DNA from: an uncultured delta proteobacterium
Lineage (GTDB): Bacteria; Desulfobacterota; Binatia; UBA9968
Length of the DNA stretch: 64,000 bases
Direction of reading: 5' to 3'
Assembly (NCBI GenBank): GCA_963804165.1
Contig: CAWDPO010000004.1
Span: 1 to 64,000 of the forward strand
A program made the position numbers and the translations under genes. The notes beneath the pieces were generated by a model, which saw nothing but the letters and a program-made list of their open reading frames with translations, ran no database searches and had not been told where the DNA came from. Shown here piece after piece: positions 1 through 11,543 of the stretch (position 1 is its first letter; every line of letters begins with the position of its first letter).

Positions 1-955
1 ACGGCGACCGATGCCGTTGGAACGGATGCTACGGATATACTTTGTGCAGCAGTGGTACGGGTTGTCCGATCCCGGGATGGAAGAAGCGTTGTACGACATC
101 GAGTCGGTGCGGCGATTTGCCGGGATAGAGTTGGGGGAAGAAGAAATTCCCGATGAGACCACGATTTTAAACTTTCGCCACTTACTGGAAAAGCACCAGT
201 TAACCGAGAAGCTGTTGGAAGAGGTCAACGGGTATTTGAGCGAGAAAAGGCTTTTGCTCAGACAAGGCACGATCGTAGACGCCACGCTGATCGGTGCGCC
301 GTCCTCGACCAAGAACAAGGACAAGAAACGCGACGGGGAGATGAGTTCGACCAAGAAGGGCAACAACTACCACTTCGGCATGAAGGTGCACACGGGAACG
401 GACAGTCAGAGCGGTTTGGTGCACACGGTCAAAGTGACCACGGCCAGTGTGCATGACAAGCAGGAGATGGAAGCGCTCCTTCATGGAGAAGAGCAAGCGG
501 TGTTTGCCGACAAGGGTTACTTCAGCGACCAGGATAAGCGCTCAGCGAGAAAGACGGGGACTATTCTGGGGCGTGTTGGACAAGGCCAAGAGCAAAAAGA
601 GCTTGAGCCATAAGCAGCGGCGCAGAAACAGAAAACTGTCCAGTATACGGGCCAAGGTGGAGCATCCGTTTCGGGTGGTCAAGCGCCAGTTCGGCTACAT
701 CAAGACCCGGTATCGGGGATTGAAGAAAAACGCGGCACAGATCTACACGCTGTTTGCGCTGGCCAATCTGTATCGAGTGCGCCGTGCTTTGTTGGCGTAG
801 TCCGATGGGGAGGAGCTTGGGCCGTCCACAAACGCATTGAGTGGCCAAGAAATCGAGGCAAACCCCATCCGATGTAATCACCGAGCCGCTTAGTCAACAT
901 GAAACAGTTTTAAATAATCGCCCCCTTCCAAATAACGTAGTTATTCAGAGGTTCC
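1..955 (+). mobile_element. IS5-family insertion sequence (left end outside window)
   Basis: Transposase gene followed by an IS5-type right IR GTTATTCAGAGGTTCC (940-955) and a YTAR target TTAG (956-959). Confidence 0.9.
11..800 (+). CDS. IS5-family DDE transposase, 5'-partial, one frameshift near 555
   Basis: Motifs [49 protein letters not shown] and ADKGY in ORF 11..613; [16 protein letters not shown]...RYRGL in ORF 447..800. Confidence 0.93.
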
Positions 956-1159
956 TTAGTCCTCCGTCAAGGTACGCTGTCGGTTCTTCTTTCTCCGCAA
1001 CCCCATACACTCGTCCGTAAACCTGATCTGTTTAAACCGCATCCGATCCGAGCGTGCTCCACCCATTCTCGATGCTTCGCGCACTTCCTTTCTTCTCGCG
1101 CTCCCCCGCACTTTTCGTGCTCTAAGCCTTTTCCTTCATCTCAGTTTACAACCTCCTGA
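956..1159 (+). pseudogene. 3' part of a putative leader peptide with a RAPP motif, 5' end removed by IS5
   Basis: Manual translation of an unbroken frame from the IS target site: LVLRQGTLSVLLSPQPHTLVRKPDLFKPHPIRACSTHSRCFAHFLSSRAPPHFSCSKPFPSSQFTTS*; RAPP codons at 1097-1108, directly upstream of the RND operon. Confidence 0.55.
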
Positions 1160-1187
1160 GTTAATCAGGAGTCGGAGGAACATTTCT

Positions 1188-2739
1188 ATGGCTTCAAGGC
1201 TTTTCGCCTGCTTGTTAGTCGGTCTTTTGTCTGCGGGCTGTCAAGGGTGGCGCTCATCCACGAGGACAAGACAGACCCACAAACGATAAGTATTACCAGG
1301 TGGACTGAAAAGACGGAACTGTTTGTTGAATTTCCCGCCCTTGTAGCGGGGAAGGAAACTCCCTTCGCCGCCCACCTTACCGATCTCGAAACTTTCAAGC
1401 CGGTCTCGGACGGACCTCTAAGGGTATCTCTTACTCCTCGCAAGGAAAACAAATAGTCGCCGAGGCAAGAACTCCGGCAGTCGCAGGGATCTATCGCCCG
1501 GTCGTCAAAGTCGATCAGCCCGGTTCTTATCGTCTCGCGTTCCATCGTTACCGTCCAGGAAAAGACGGAAGTCTATGACACCATTGACGCCGGCGAGGTC
1601 AAAGTCCTGGAGAAGCCGGAGCCGGCAAAGCAAAGCGATGAAACAGCCGCAGGCCAAAGGCATCACATTTCTCAAGGAGCAGCAGTGGCGCATGGACTTT
1701 GCCACCGAGCCGGTCGGCGAAAGAGAACTTTCGGTGCTTTTGAAGATGAGCGCCGAGGTAAAGCCGGCCGCAGCTGGCCAGGTACAGATCGTAGCGCCGG
1801 TCGCAGGAAGAATCATGACCGCGCCGAAAAGCGGCGCCCGGTCCCGGCCAGAAAGTTAAGCAAGGAGAAGAACTCGCTGTCATTCTCCCTCTGCCCAGTA
1901 AAAACAGAGTCGAACTGGACGCGGAATTTGCGACGGCGAAATCAGAGCTGGAAGCGGCCGAAAAAGAATTGGAGCGGGTCCAAGAACTTTACAAAGACAA
2001 AATTGTCCCTCGCAAAAGGCTGGAGCAGTCGGAAAGGGACGTGGCGGTGCAAAGGCGCGTCTGGAGGCCGCCCGGTCGCAGCTCGGTTTACTCGATCCGG
2101 CAGACGATCGGGAAAAGTCGCTCGGCGCAAGGCCGAAAGATTTTCTCTCCGTTCGCCGATATCCGGCACCGTTGTCTCGGCAAATATCACGCCCGGCGCG
2201 CTGGTTGAAGCCGGTCAGAATCTGCTTTCGATCATCAACCTGGATCGCGTATGGATTGAGGGACGGCTCTTCGAGCTCGACATCCCAAAAGTACGCAAGT
2301 TCGAGCGGGCAACTTTCGCGGCCGCCGCACTGTCGGAGCCGTTAGTCGCTGGTCCGGCCGAAGGCGCGTCTCGTGAATATCGGCAGTGTAATCGATCCAG
2401 CCACTCGCTCCGTCCCGCTTATCCTGGAAGCTCGAAACGACGAAGGTCGCTTGAGAATCGGTCTCCACGGCGATCTCGCCATACCAACCGGAGAAAGGTC
2501 TCGCGGCCTCGCTGTTCCTCTAAGCGCCATCGTCGATGACAAAGGGGTTGCGGTCGCTTTCGTGCAGGCCGAAGGTGAGACCTTCGAGCGGCGCGAACTG
2601 GAGCTCGGAATCAGAGCGAGGGCTACGCCGAGGTCAAATCGGGACTGAAAGCCAGCGAGCGCGTCGTAACCAAAGGCGCCTATCGGGTACATCTTGGCTC
2701 GCTTTCCACCAGCTTCCCGCCCACGGCCACGCTCACTAG
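1188..2739 (+). CDS. Heavy-metal RND efflux membrane fusion protein (CzcB/CusB-like), multiply frameshifted
   Basis: GGAGG RBS then lipoprotein-like start MASRLFACLLVGLLSAGC; fragments ITRWTEKTELFVEFPALVAG, ITFLKEQQW, LRSPISGTV, IDPATRS, VPLSAIVDDKG; His-rich end PAHGHAH. Confidence 0.85.
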
Positions 2740-2769
2740 CGTCAGACTGAAAGGCCTGAGGGATAAAGC

Positions 2770-5700
2770 ATGATTGCCAAACTGATTGGCTGGTCGTTAG
2801 AAAACCGCTTGATTGTTCTTGCCATCGCGGCGGCGATCCTCATCGGAGGAACTATTGTCGCGGTCAAAATGCCCGTCGATGTTTTTCCGGATCTGACGGC
2901 GCCTTCCGTAACCGTAATCACCGAGGCGCACGGCATGGCGCCCGAAGAAGTCGAGACCTTGGTGACGTTTCCGATCGAGACGGCGGTCAACGGCGCCTCC
3001 GGCGTGCGCCGGGTTCGCTCGTCGACAGCGACGGGAATCTCGGTGGTCTGGGTCGAGTTCGAGTGGGGAACGGATATTTATCAGGCCCGGCAAGTCGTCA
3101 ACGAAAAACTACAGCTCGCCGGCGCCAATTTGCCGCCCGAAACGGAACGGCCGGTTTTGGCTCCCGTCTCCTCGATCATGGGCGAAATCATGTTCATCAG
3201 CCTGACCAGCGACAAGCAGGCGCCGATGGATCTTCGCTCCACCGCCGATTGGGTGATCCGGCCGCGGCTTCTTTCGGTTCCCGGGGTCTCCCAAGTCACG
3301 CCCATAGGCGGAGACATCAAGGAATACCAGGTGATCATCTCCCCCGAAACGAATGGCGGCGGCGGGCGTCAGTCTGAGTCAGGTGATCGCGGCGGTTAAG
3401 GGCACTAATCAAAATACTTCCGCAGGGTTTTACGTCGAAGGCGGTCAGGAGTATCTGATTCACGGCATCGGCCGGGTTACCCGCATAGAGGACATCGCGA
3501 ACACCGTTAGTCAGCCTCAATAACGGCCGGCCCGTACTGGTGAGTCATTTGGCCGATGTGCGCATCGGGCCGGCGATCAAGCGCGGCGAGGGATCGGCTC
3601 AAGGCAAGCCTGCAGTGATTCTCGGACTCCAGAAACAGCCCGGCGCCAACACCTTGACGTTGACCGCAGAGTTGGACCGAACTCTGGACGACATCCAGAA
3701 AACGCTTCCAGCGGGGATGACGATCAACCGGCATATCTTTCGCCAGGCGGATTTTATCCAGGTCTCCATCGACAATGTCATTGACGCGCTGCGCGACGGC
3801 GCGATTGTCGTGGTCGTGATCCTGCTCTTGTTTCTCATGAACCTGCGCGCCACGTTCATCACGCTTCTCGCCATCCCGCTTTCGCTGCTTGTTGCCGTGC
3901 TGACGCTGAAATTCTTCGGCGCGACGATCAACACGATGACTCTGGGCGGGATGGCGATCGCCATCGGCGCGCTGGTCGATGACGCCATCATCGACGTGGA
4001 AAACGTTTTTCGGCGGCTTGCGCGAAAATGCCAAGCTTGAGCCGGGCTTGCGCCAGAACCCGCTTGCGGTCACGCTCACGGCCTCGCTGGAGATCCGTAG
4101 CTCGATCACCTTCGCGACCTTCATCATCATGCTGGTCTTCGTGCCGCTGTTTTTCTTGAGCGGCGTCGAGGGACGATTACTGGCGCCGCTTGGCGTGGCT
4201 TATGTGGTCTCGCTCTTCGCCTCTCTGATTGTCGCGGCTTCGGTAACTCCCGTGCTTTGTTCGCTGCTGCTGCCGAATTCGAAAGGAGTCACCGAGGGCG
4301 AGGAAAGCCCGGTGGTGCGGCGCCTAAAGAGCGCCTACCAGAGAACTCTCACCGTGGTCATCCGACGTCCAAGACTGATCATCGGCGTTGCCTTGCGTTT
4401 TATTCTTAATCACGCTGGCAACGCTCCCGTTTATGGGCCGCGCCTTTCTCCCGGAGTTCAACGAGGGCACGTTGACGATCAATGCCGTGACTCTTGCCGG
4501 GGACTTCGCTGGAAGAATCCAACCGGCTCGGCCAAATGGTGGAGTCGATTCTACTGTCCTTTCCCGAGGTGAAGTCGACCGCGCGCCGGACCGGGCGCGC
4601 GGAGTTGGACGAGCATGCCCAAGGCGTCGAGGCGGCGGAAATCGACGTCGGCCTCGAAGATGCAAAAGCGCTCGAAGGAGGAATTTCTTCAGGAACTGCG
4701 CCGCGCTTTGACCGCCGTGCCGGGAATGAACATTACCATCGGCCAGCCGATTTCGCACCGCATCGATCATATGCTCTCGGGCACGCGGGCCAATATCGCC
4801 GTAAAAATTTTCGGCGACGATTTGCGCCGGCTTCGAACGCTCGCGCAGCAAGTCCGCGACATCATGGCCAAGGTGCCGGGCGTCGTCGATCTGTCCATCG
4901 AGCAGCAGACGGACATTCCCGATCCTTCGCCTTCAGTTCGATCGGGAGCGCATCGCCCGGGCCGGACTCAAAGTGGAAGAGGTTGCCGAAGCCGTCGAGA
5001 CCGCCTTTCTCGGTAAGACCGTCTCGAGCGTGCTCGAAGGCCAAAGAAGTTTCGATCTCGTCGTGCGCGCCGAAGATGCCAACCGGCAGAGTCTCGAAGC
5101 CATCCGCGCCACCCTGATCGATACTCCGCTCGGCGGCAAGGTTCCGCTTGGCTTCGCTGGCCGAGGTAAAGAAGGATTTGGGGCCAAATACGATAAGCCG
5201 CGGAGAACGTGCAAAGAAAGATCGTCGTCAGCGCCAACGTCGCCGGGAGAGATTTGCAAGGAGTCGTGCGCGACATCCAGGACAACGTGACCAAGGCGGT
5301 GTTCGCTGCCCAAGAGGATACTACGTTAGCTACGGCGGGCAATTCGAGAGCGCCGAGGAAGCGTCGCAGACGATCGCCTTTCTGAGCGTACTCGTCATCG
5401 CCGGCATCGTACTTTTGCTTGCGGCGGCGCTCCGTTCGCTGCGCGATGCGCTGATCATTCTGGTCAATCTGCCACTGGCATTGATCGGCGGCGTATTCGG
5501 CATTTTTTTGTCCGGCGGCGTTTTAAATGTGGCTTCGATGATCGGCCTGATCACGCTGTTCGGCATCGCCGCCAGAAACGGCATCATGATGGTTTCGCAT
5601 ATCCGTCATCTGATGCAGGAAGAAGGCGAGAGTTTCGAGCGCGCCGTCGAGCGCGGCGCGCTGGAACGGCTTTCGCCGATAATGATGACGGCGCTGTGCG

Positions 5701-5860
5701 CCGGGCTTGCGCTCTGCCGCTGGTTTTGCGTGGCGGCGAGCCGGGCAGCGAAATCCTTACGCCCATGGCCGTTGTGATTCTTGCCGGGCTGTTTTCTTCA
5801 ACGGCTCTCAACATGATCGTGGTGCCCGCTCTGTATTTACGATTTGGCCGTCCCATGACT
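2770..5860 (+). CDS. CzcA/CusA-family heavy-metal RND permease, multiply frameshifted
   Basis: [86 protein letters not shown] spread over successive ORFs; end coordinate approximate. Confidence 0.92.
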
Positions 5861-5875
5861 GAGAAGGGTGGTGCT

Positions 5876-7128
5876 ATGAGTCCCCGAAGAATCCTGTGCT
5901 TCCCGTTTGTTCTATTGTTTGTACTGGCAGCGAATCGCGCCCAGGCAGCGGAAGTTTCCCTGGACCTGCCGGCGGCACTCCAGCACGCACTCCGAGACAA
6001 TGCGGAACTCAAAAGCTAAACGGCACTCGCTGGGCATCGCTCAGGGACGCGCTCAGCAAGCCGGCTTGTTGTTTCAAAACAACCCGCGCTTCAGCGTCGA
6101 AGTGGAATCGTCAACGTCGGGCCGGTCCGACACGAGCGTTGAACTGAATCTCCACCAGGAATTAGAAATCGCCGGCCAGCGCAGCTATCGCTCGGAGGCG
6201 GCGGAAAAGAACCTGGCTCAAGCCCAGTTGTCGGTTGAGGACGCGGAACGGTTGCTGCGCCTGGAAGTTGACGCGAGCCTTTTATAATCTGCTTGCGGTG
6301 CAGCATAGCATCGACGACTTAAAGACGGTTGTGGCGGCACAGGAAAATCTTTTGCAGGCGGGTCAAAAGAGGTTCGAGCGCGAAGACATAACGATCTTGG
6401 AACTCAATACCCTTCGGCTCGATCGGGACCAGGTTCGAAACGAGCTGGCAGACAAGCTGCGCGAACGGGTAACCGTGGAAAACGAGCTGCGCCGGCTCGT
6501 GGGTCTACAGGATGAAGGATCGTTGGTGGCTAACGGGGATCTGCTGGAGATCTCGGGCAGAAAGCGCAACACCTTCCCGGTTCGGCAGAATCTCCAGGCT
6601 TGTAGCCTTGCTAACCGCGCCGATTTGAAGGCCGCGAAGCTCGCGGTCGAGGTCCGTGAGGCGGAACTCCGTCTGGCACAGGCCCGGAGGATTCCCAATA
6701 TTTCTCTCGGACCTCGGTATAAGCGGGAGACTAATCACAATGTCGTCGGGGGAGAGATCGCAATTCCCCTCCCGTTTTTCAATCGCAATCAGGAAGAGAT
6801 AACTACCGCGCTGGCGAATCAAAACGTCAGCAAAGCTGAACTGGAAGGCCGCACGATGTCCGTGAAACAGCAGCTCGACTCGACCTATACAAGGCTGAGG
6901 CTCGCGAAGGAAAGAGTTGACGCCTATGGAAACAACTATCTCGGCGACCTGGAAAAAATGCTCGCTCTCACCCGCAAGGCGTATGAAAGCGGAGAGATGA
7001 CGATTTTTGAATTCAGTGTTACGCGAGACCGCTTCACCCAGGCGCGTGCTCGATCGTTGGATGCCGCACTGGCTTACGTTCAAACTATGGCCGAATTGGA
7101 GGCGCAGGCACCCGGGTGCTTGCAGTGA
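5876..7128 (+). CDS. TolC/CzcC-family outer membrane efflux protein, frameshifted
   Basis: Signal peptide MSPRRILCFPFVLLFVLAANRAQA; NPRFSVE, QELEIAGQR, LAQARRIPNISLG, IPLPFFNRNQ, AYESGE. Confidence 0.85.
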
Positions 7129-7229
7129 ACCCAACTGTTTTTACACAGAGGAGGCGCGCCAAAGGATCAACTGTGGCCAATCCTGTCCCGGCTCGACAAG
7201 GTGGAGATCGGTCAGCCAAATCAGTTTCT

Positions 7230-7996
7230 TCACGTCTCCGCTCTTTTCACTTGATGAGCCGTCGCAATCGCTGACAGATCCGACGCAGCATTGCGTTGTG
7301 GACCTGCGGCCTCTTTGCGTTCGGAGTACCGGTCGGTCAGGGCCGCAATGTGGGGACGAAGGAGGATCGTGAAGCGAACGAGCTCCTCAACGACATCGAC
7401 GATCCGTTCGTAGTAGCTCGACGGCTTCATTCGTCCGGCCTCATCAAATTCCTGGAATGCCTTCGCAACGCTCGATTGGTTGGGAATGGTGAACATGCGC
7501 ATCCAGCGTCCAAGGAGCCGGAGTGTGTTAACGGCATTGAAGGACTGTGAGCCGCCGCATATCTGCATGACGGCTAACGTTCGGCCTTGGGTCGGCCGCA
7601 TCCCGCCCATGTTGAGCGGCAGATGATCGATCTGCGCCTTCATGACGCCGGTGATCTGACCGTGGCGCTCCGGGCTACACCAGATCTGCCCTCAGACCAC
7701 ATCGACAGCTCGCGCAGTTCGTGCACCGCCGGATGATCATCAGCCCTGACCTGGTCCGGAAGCGGCAGGTCCGATGGATCGAATATTCGGGCTTCTGCCC
7801 CGAAGAAGCGCACGAGGCGTGCGGCCTCCTCGACGACCAAACGCGAATAGGAGCGCTCGCGCAGAGATCCATAGAGCAGCAGGATCCGCGGGGGATGCTG
7901 AGGCCCGGCAGCAAGGCCGCTGGCCGGCCGTTCCAGTGCGTAGCTCGTATCGAGCGCAGGCAGGAAGTCGGAATCCGGCAGTGTTCGAAGTCTCAT
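7230..7996 (-). CDS. arsH: Arsenic resistance flavoprotein ArsH, frameshift near 7690
   Basis: [71 protein letters not shown]; ATG at 7996 overlaps the MFS stop codon. Confidence 0.93.
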
Positions 7997-9181
7997 ACGC
8001 GTCCAGCCGTCGATGCAGGAGTGAGAACAAGGAGGGCCGCCAGTGCGGCGAGCCCAAGCGCGGTCGACAGAAGCAGCGCCGAAGTACCGAAGCGCTCCAT
8101 CAGGACCGCAAACAGAAACGGCGCGGCGGCCTGTCCGAAGCGTGCCGGCACCATCAGAATGCCTTGACGAAGGCCGTAGCCGGAGGGGCCGAAGATCGCG
8201 AGCGGCAGCGTCCCCTTGGCGATTGTCAGGATGCCGTTTCCTGCGCCGTGAAGCACGGTGAAGACGACGGCGGCCGGTGCGCCAAACGCGATGACTGCGA
8301 GCGCGCCCAGCGGATGAGCAATGGCCGCGAGGCGCGCCGAGAGCAGCGGATGGAACCGCTGAAGAACGCCGAACTCTAGAAAGCGTCCGACAACCTGCGC
8401 CGGCCCCACCAGAGCGGCGGCCGCGACCGCCATGGTTGCCGACGCGCCGGCCTCCTGCAAGAGTCGCGGCAGGTGCGTCGCCATCGCCGTGCTTGTGAAC
8501 CATGTCACCGCGAAAACGAGGGCAAGCAACGGCATCGCACGGTTTTGTGACCCTGCTGGCCCACCAGGACTCCCGTGCGCCGCTTCGTTCGTCGCAGACG
8601 GGATGGGCTGCGTGCCCACCGGCACGAGAAAGCGGTTGAGCGGCAGGCCAATGGCGAGGTGCGCGGCTGCCCAGAAGAAGCATGCCATGCGCCAGCCAAC
8701 CTCGGTCTCCAAATAGGCGGAGATCGGCCAGCAGATTGTGCCTCGCCAGACCCGCCAGCAGCGTGATGCCGGTGATTGCGCCGCGCGCCTCTCGACCGTA
8801 GATGCCGGCGAGAGTGGAGAACGCCGCCTCGTAGAGCCCCATCGCCATGCCGATGCCGATGACGAGCCAACCGGCAAACAGCATCCCCGCTCCTTGCGCC
8901 GCGCCGAGAGTCGCAAGACCCGCAGCGAAAACCAAACTCGAGACCGTCAGTACGTCGCGGCCGCCGAAAAGATCGATGCGGCGGCCGGCAAGCGGCCCGA
9001 GAACCGCGGCGACGACAAGCGCGGCCGAGAACGCCGCGAAGACAACTCCGGTCGATACGCCAAGCTCGCGCGCCATCGGCACCGCCAAGATTGCGGGCAG
9101 GTAGTAGGTTGAGCCCCACGCCAGCGTCTGTGCGATGCCGAGCGCGATGACGACGCGCGTCCGTTTCGTTAGCTCGATCAT
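7993..9181 (-). CDS. MFS transporter of the ArsK-like arsenic efflux type, frameshift near 8745
   Basis: [59 protein letters not shown]; translationally coupled to arsH. Confidence 0.85.
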
Positions 9182-9263
9182 GGGGCACGCCCGGCGCTAT
9201 ATGCATCGGTGTTGGATGCCTCCGAGATCGATGTATAAGGCCAAAAAAATATCATTCGCATGC

Positions 9264-9686
9264 TCACTTGACCTTGCGACCTGAGCGCGCGATTGCATCT
9301 GCAGCCGCCTTGCTGGCTACGATACAATCGGTTGCCTCGAGCCACGCGTCCACCGCGGTTTGGAACGCATCTCTCCCCTTTCGAGTGAGGGTGTATACCT
9401 TCCGCTCGCGGCCTTGGACTATGTCGACACGCGAGATGAGATAGCCGCCCGCCTCGAATTCGTTCAGCATCGGATAGACCGTCCCCTCTGTGGGACTGCA
9501 ACATCCTTTGGTCGTTCTCTCGACAGCCTGAACGACCTCATACCCGTGCATCGGCTTCTGATGCAGCACGCACAGCACGAAGAACTTGGAAAGCGACATC
9601 TTGATCGTTCCCTGCCAATACGCTCGATCAGTGTAATCGGGTGTCTGAAGTGGAACTGAACGGACGGGCTTCAAGGAACGAGGCAT
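9264..9686 (-). CDS. PadR-family transcriptional regulator
   Basis: LHQKPMHGYEV, PTEGTVYPML, RERKVYTLTRKG winged-helix signature; start codon uncertain (9686 or 9713). Confidence 0.9.
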   Translation of the reverse strand: MPRSLKPVRSVPLQTPDYTDRAYWQGTIKMSLSKFFVLCVLHQKPMHGYEVVQAVERTTKGCCSPTEGTVYPMLNEFEAGGYLISRVDIVQGRERKVYTLTRKGRDAFQTAVDAWLEATDCIVASKAAADAIARSGRKVK

Positions 9687-9694
9687 ATGATATT

Positions 9695-9724
9695 TGTATA
9701 ACCCCTCGATCATCGAGGTGTCAA
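9695..9724 (-). promoter_or_regulatory. Sigma70-like promoter with a palindromic operator in the spacer
   Basis: Minus strand TTGACA-N18-TATACA; perfect inverted repeat CCTCGAT-C-ATCGAGG (9704-9718) between the boxes. Confidence 0.6.
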
Positions 9725-9752
9725 GTAGGTAAAGGTTCTTCGTCCAGATAAG

Positions 9753-10241
9753 TTAGGCTGATCGTGTCCAATATTTGCTAAGAATAACGAACGTGATGTA
9801 ATGCGTCACCAACAGCGCAGGAACCCAAAATGCAGGGATCCAGTAGGCTGGACCCATATAAGGCGATGCTCCATAGATGGTTGCCAGTGCAATCGCTGCG
9901 ATCAGATCTACAGATCCTTCCACGTTGAAGACCCATACGAGAAAGCGACCACTTCCGAGGTTCTTCGTCACCGCCAAAATCGACGCCAGCGCGAGCATGG
10001 CGGCCAACAAGTCGCCGAACGCCGCTGGATATGCAAATTGCGGAGGGATGCCGGAATAAGTCGCTCCTGGCGCCAGGAACATCAAGCCGAGGTGCCGAAA
10101 TGAATGGAGCAGAAGAATCGGCAGCAGCACGGTTTGAGGCGTCAGCTCATGGAGTCTCGGCAGCAGATAGATTCTGGCGGCCACCCAAAACACAAGGATA
10201 CTGAAGACAAGATTGGCCGTGAGAATGTTCATGGCCCTCAT
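9753..10241 (-). CDS. Hypothetical membrane protein (cassette-like)
   Basis: Four or five hydrophobic segments, LLLHSFRHLGLMFL and PAAFGDL motifs; the stop codon lies in GCCTAAC. Confidence 0.7.
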   Translation of the reverse strand: MRAMNILTANLVFSILVFWVAARIYLLPRLHELTPQTVLLPILLLHSFRHLGLMFLAPGATYSGIPPQFAYPAAFGDLLAAMLALASILAVTKNLGSGRFLVWVFNVEGSVDLIAAIALATIYGASPYMGPAYWIPAFWVPALLVTHYITFVILSKYWTRSA

Positions 10242-10480
10242 TCCTGCTCACATTCCGCCGTCAAGAGCGCCCAGGCAGAGTTATCGCTCTTAACATCGAC
10301 AGCTCCTATTGCCAATCCGATAGGCCCAGAGATGAAGACCCCGTAGATCCCGCTTAGGTTGCTGGTCGGATAGAGCCAGTCGCACGCCACATGGACTCCA
10401 ATAAAAGTACTCTATTACGGTCCCAATCAATGCACCGGCCAAAGTAGCAAATAGCCTCACCATTTGCCTGCCCCGTCAAC

Positions 10481-10543
10481 GCCTAACGCCATAGTCGCCG
10501 GCGCTCTTTTGTTTCGCCGTCCGTGTTGAGCGATTTGTCAGCT
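10481..10543 (-). other. Degenerate integron attC site
   Basis: Minus strand AGCTGAC-AAATCGCTCAACACGGACGGCG...CGCCGGCGACTATGGC-GTTAGGC: 63-bp imperfect palindrome with R''/L''/L'/R' layout. Confidence 0.6.
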
Positions 10544-10677
10544 CGCGCATTCTATCTCGATTTTTTTGATGGTACTTATTGGGAGCTAAAGAAACGATAG
10601 CTACCAAGAAGCCGGATTAGTGCCTAGCAAAATGGCTGTCGACAGTGTGGATTTGGACATAGAGTGTCCGACACGGC

Positions 10678-11499
10678 TTAATAGTCGCAACGCATCGCGC
10701 GCCACGCCACGAACGGATGAAGTATCAGGGTTCCGAACGTCAGGTGGCGCTTACCTATCCCCGGCGTACCGACATCAATCGCTTCCTGCGGCTCGCGAAC
10801 GTTCAGCGTCCCGAACAGGATATCCCAGAGTGACAAAATCGTGCCAAAATTCGGGGTACTTCTTTCGTTCAAGGAATGATGCCGGCGATGCATCGACGGA
10901 GTTATAAAGATCGGCATCAGTATTCGTTCTAGCTTTTGCGGGAGAATAAAGTCGCTGTGTTCGAGAAGATTGAAATACGCGAAGAGAATTTCAAAGATAA
11001 CGATCGCTAAGATCGGCGGCCCGAGAAGCCAAACGAACGCGAGCCGCACTCCAAGTGAAATCAATAATTCAAAGGGGTGAAATCGCAGGGCGGTCGAAGT
11101 CTCGAAAACAATGTCCGCGTGATGGACGGCGTGAAGGGGCCACAGCCATTTGTTCTGGTGGTAAAATCGATGAATAAAATACGCGACCAAATCAAATAAA
11201 ATGACCGTCGATGCGATTTGTCCCCAATACGACAGGCCCATCAGATCGAGGAATCCCAAGTGCTGTTGCTTCACATAGAGAGCAAGTGCGCACAGGCATC
11301 CACCGCAAATACTCGCCATTACGACGGCGTTCACGCCGGCCAACGACAGATTGACCCGCCAGTTCTTCAAAACAGCGGCGAATGAGTTTTGGTGCGGAAA
11401 CTTGTACTGCAGGATAGACGCGAGAATGAAAATACTGAGAAACGTTACAAACTTGACGACGCCAAACTGATCCCGTGCAACAAAATCGAATTCTTCCAT
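10678..11499 (-). CDS. Sterol desaturase / fatty acid hydroxylase family protein
   Basis: His boxes HRFYH, HAVHH and HRRHH; RFHPFE and NFGTILSLWDILFGT. Confidence 0.9.
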   Translation of the reverse strand: MEEFDFVARDQFGVVKFVTFLSIFILASILQYKFPHQNSFAAVLKNWRVNLSLAGVNAVVMASICGGCLCALALYVKQQHLGFLDLMGLSYWGQIASTVILFDLVAYFIHRFYHQNKWLWPLHAVHHADIVFETSTALRFHPFELLISLGVRLAFVWLLGPPILAIVIFEILFAYFNLLEHSDFILPQKLERILMPIFITPSMHRRHHSLNERSTPNFGTILSLWDILFGTLNVREPQEAIDVGTPGIGKRHLTFGTLILHPFVAWRAMRCDY

Positions 11500-11543
11500 T
11501 TTAAAGCTCCGTCGCAGCGAAACAGTACGCTTAGCGCGCTACG

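Noticed and set aside
447-613. Programmed frameshift in the IS5 transposase
   Set aside because: This IS5 subgroup normally has a single ORF, I see no clear slippery site at the break, and neighbouring genes carry many similar indels.
5696-6019. Apparent CzcA-TolC in-frame fusion
   Set aside because: TolC has its own RBS-like sequence, ATG and signal peptide; the missing stop is best explained by an indel error.
7640-9181. 513-aa MFS-ArsH fusion ORF
   Set aside because: Artefact of a frameshift in the MFS gene; the middle is off-frame nonsense and arsH has its own ATGA-coupled start.
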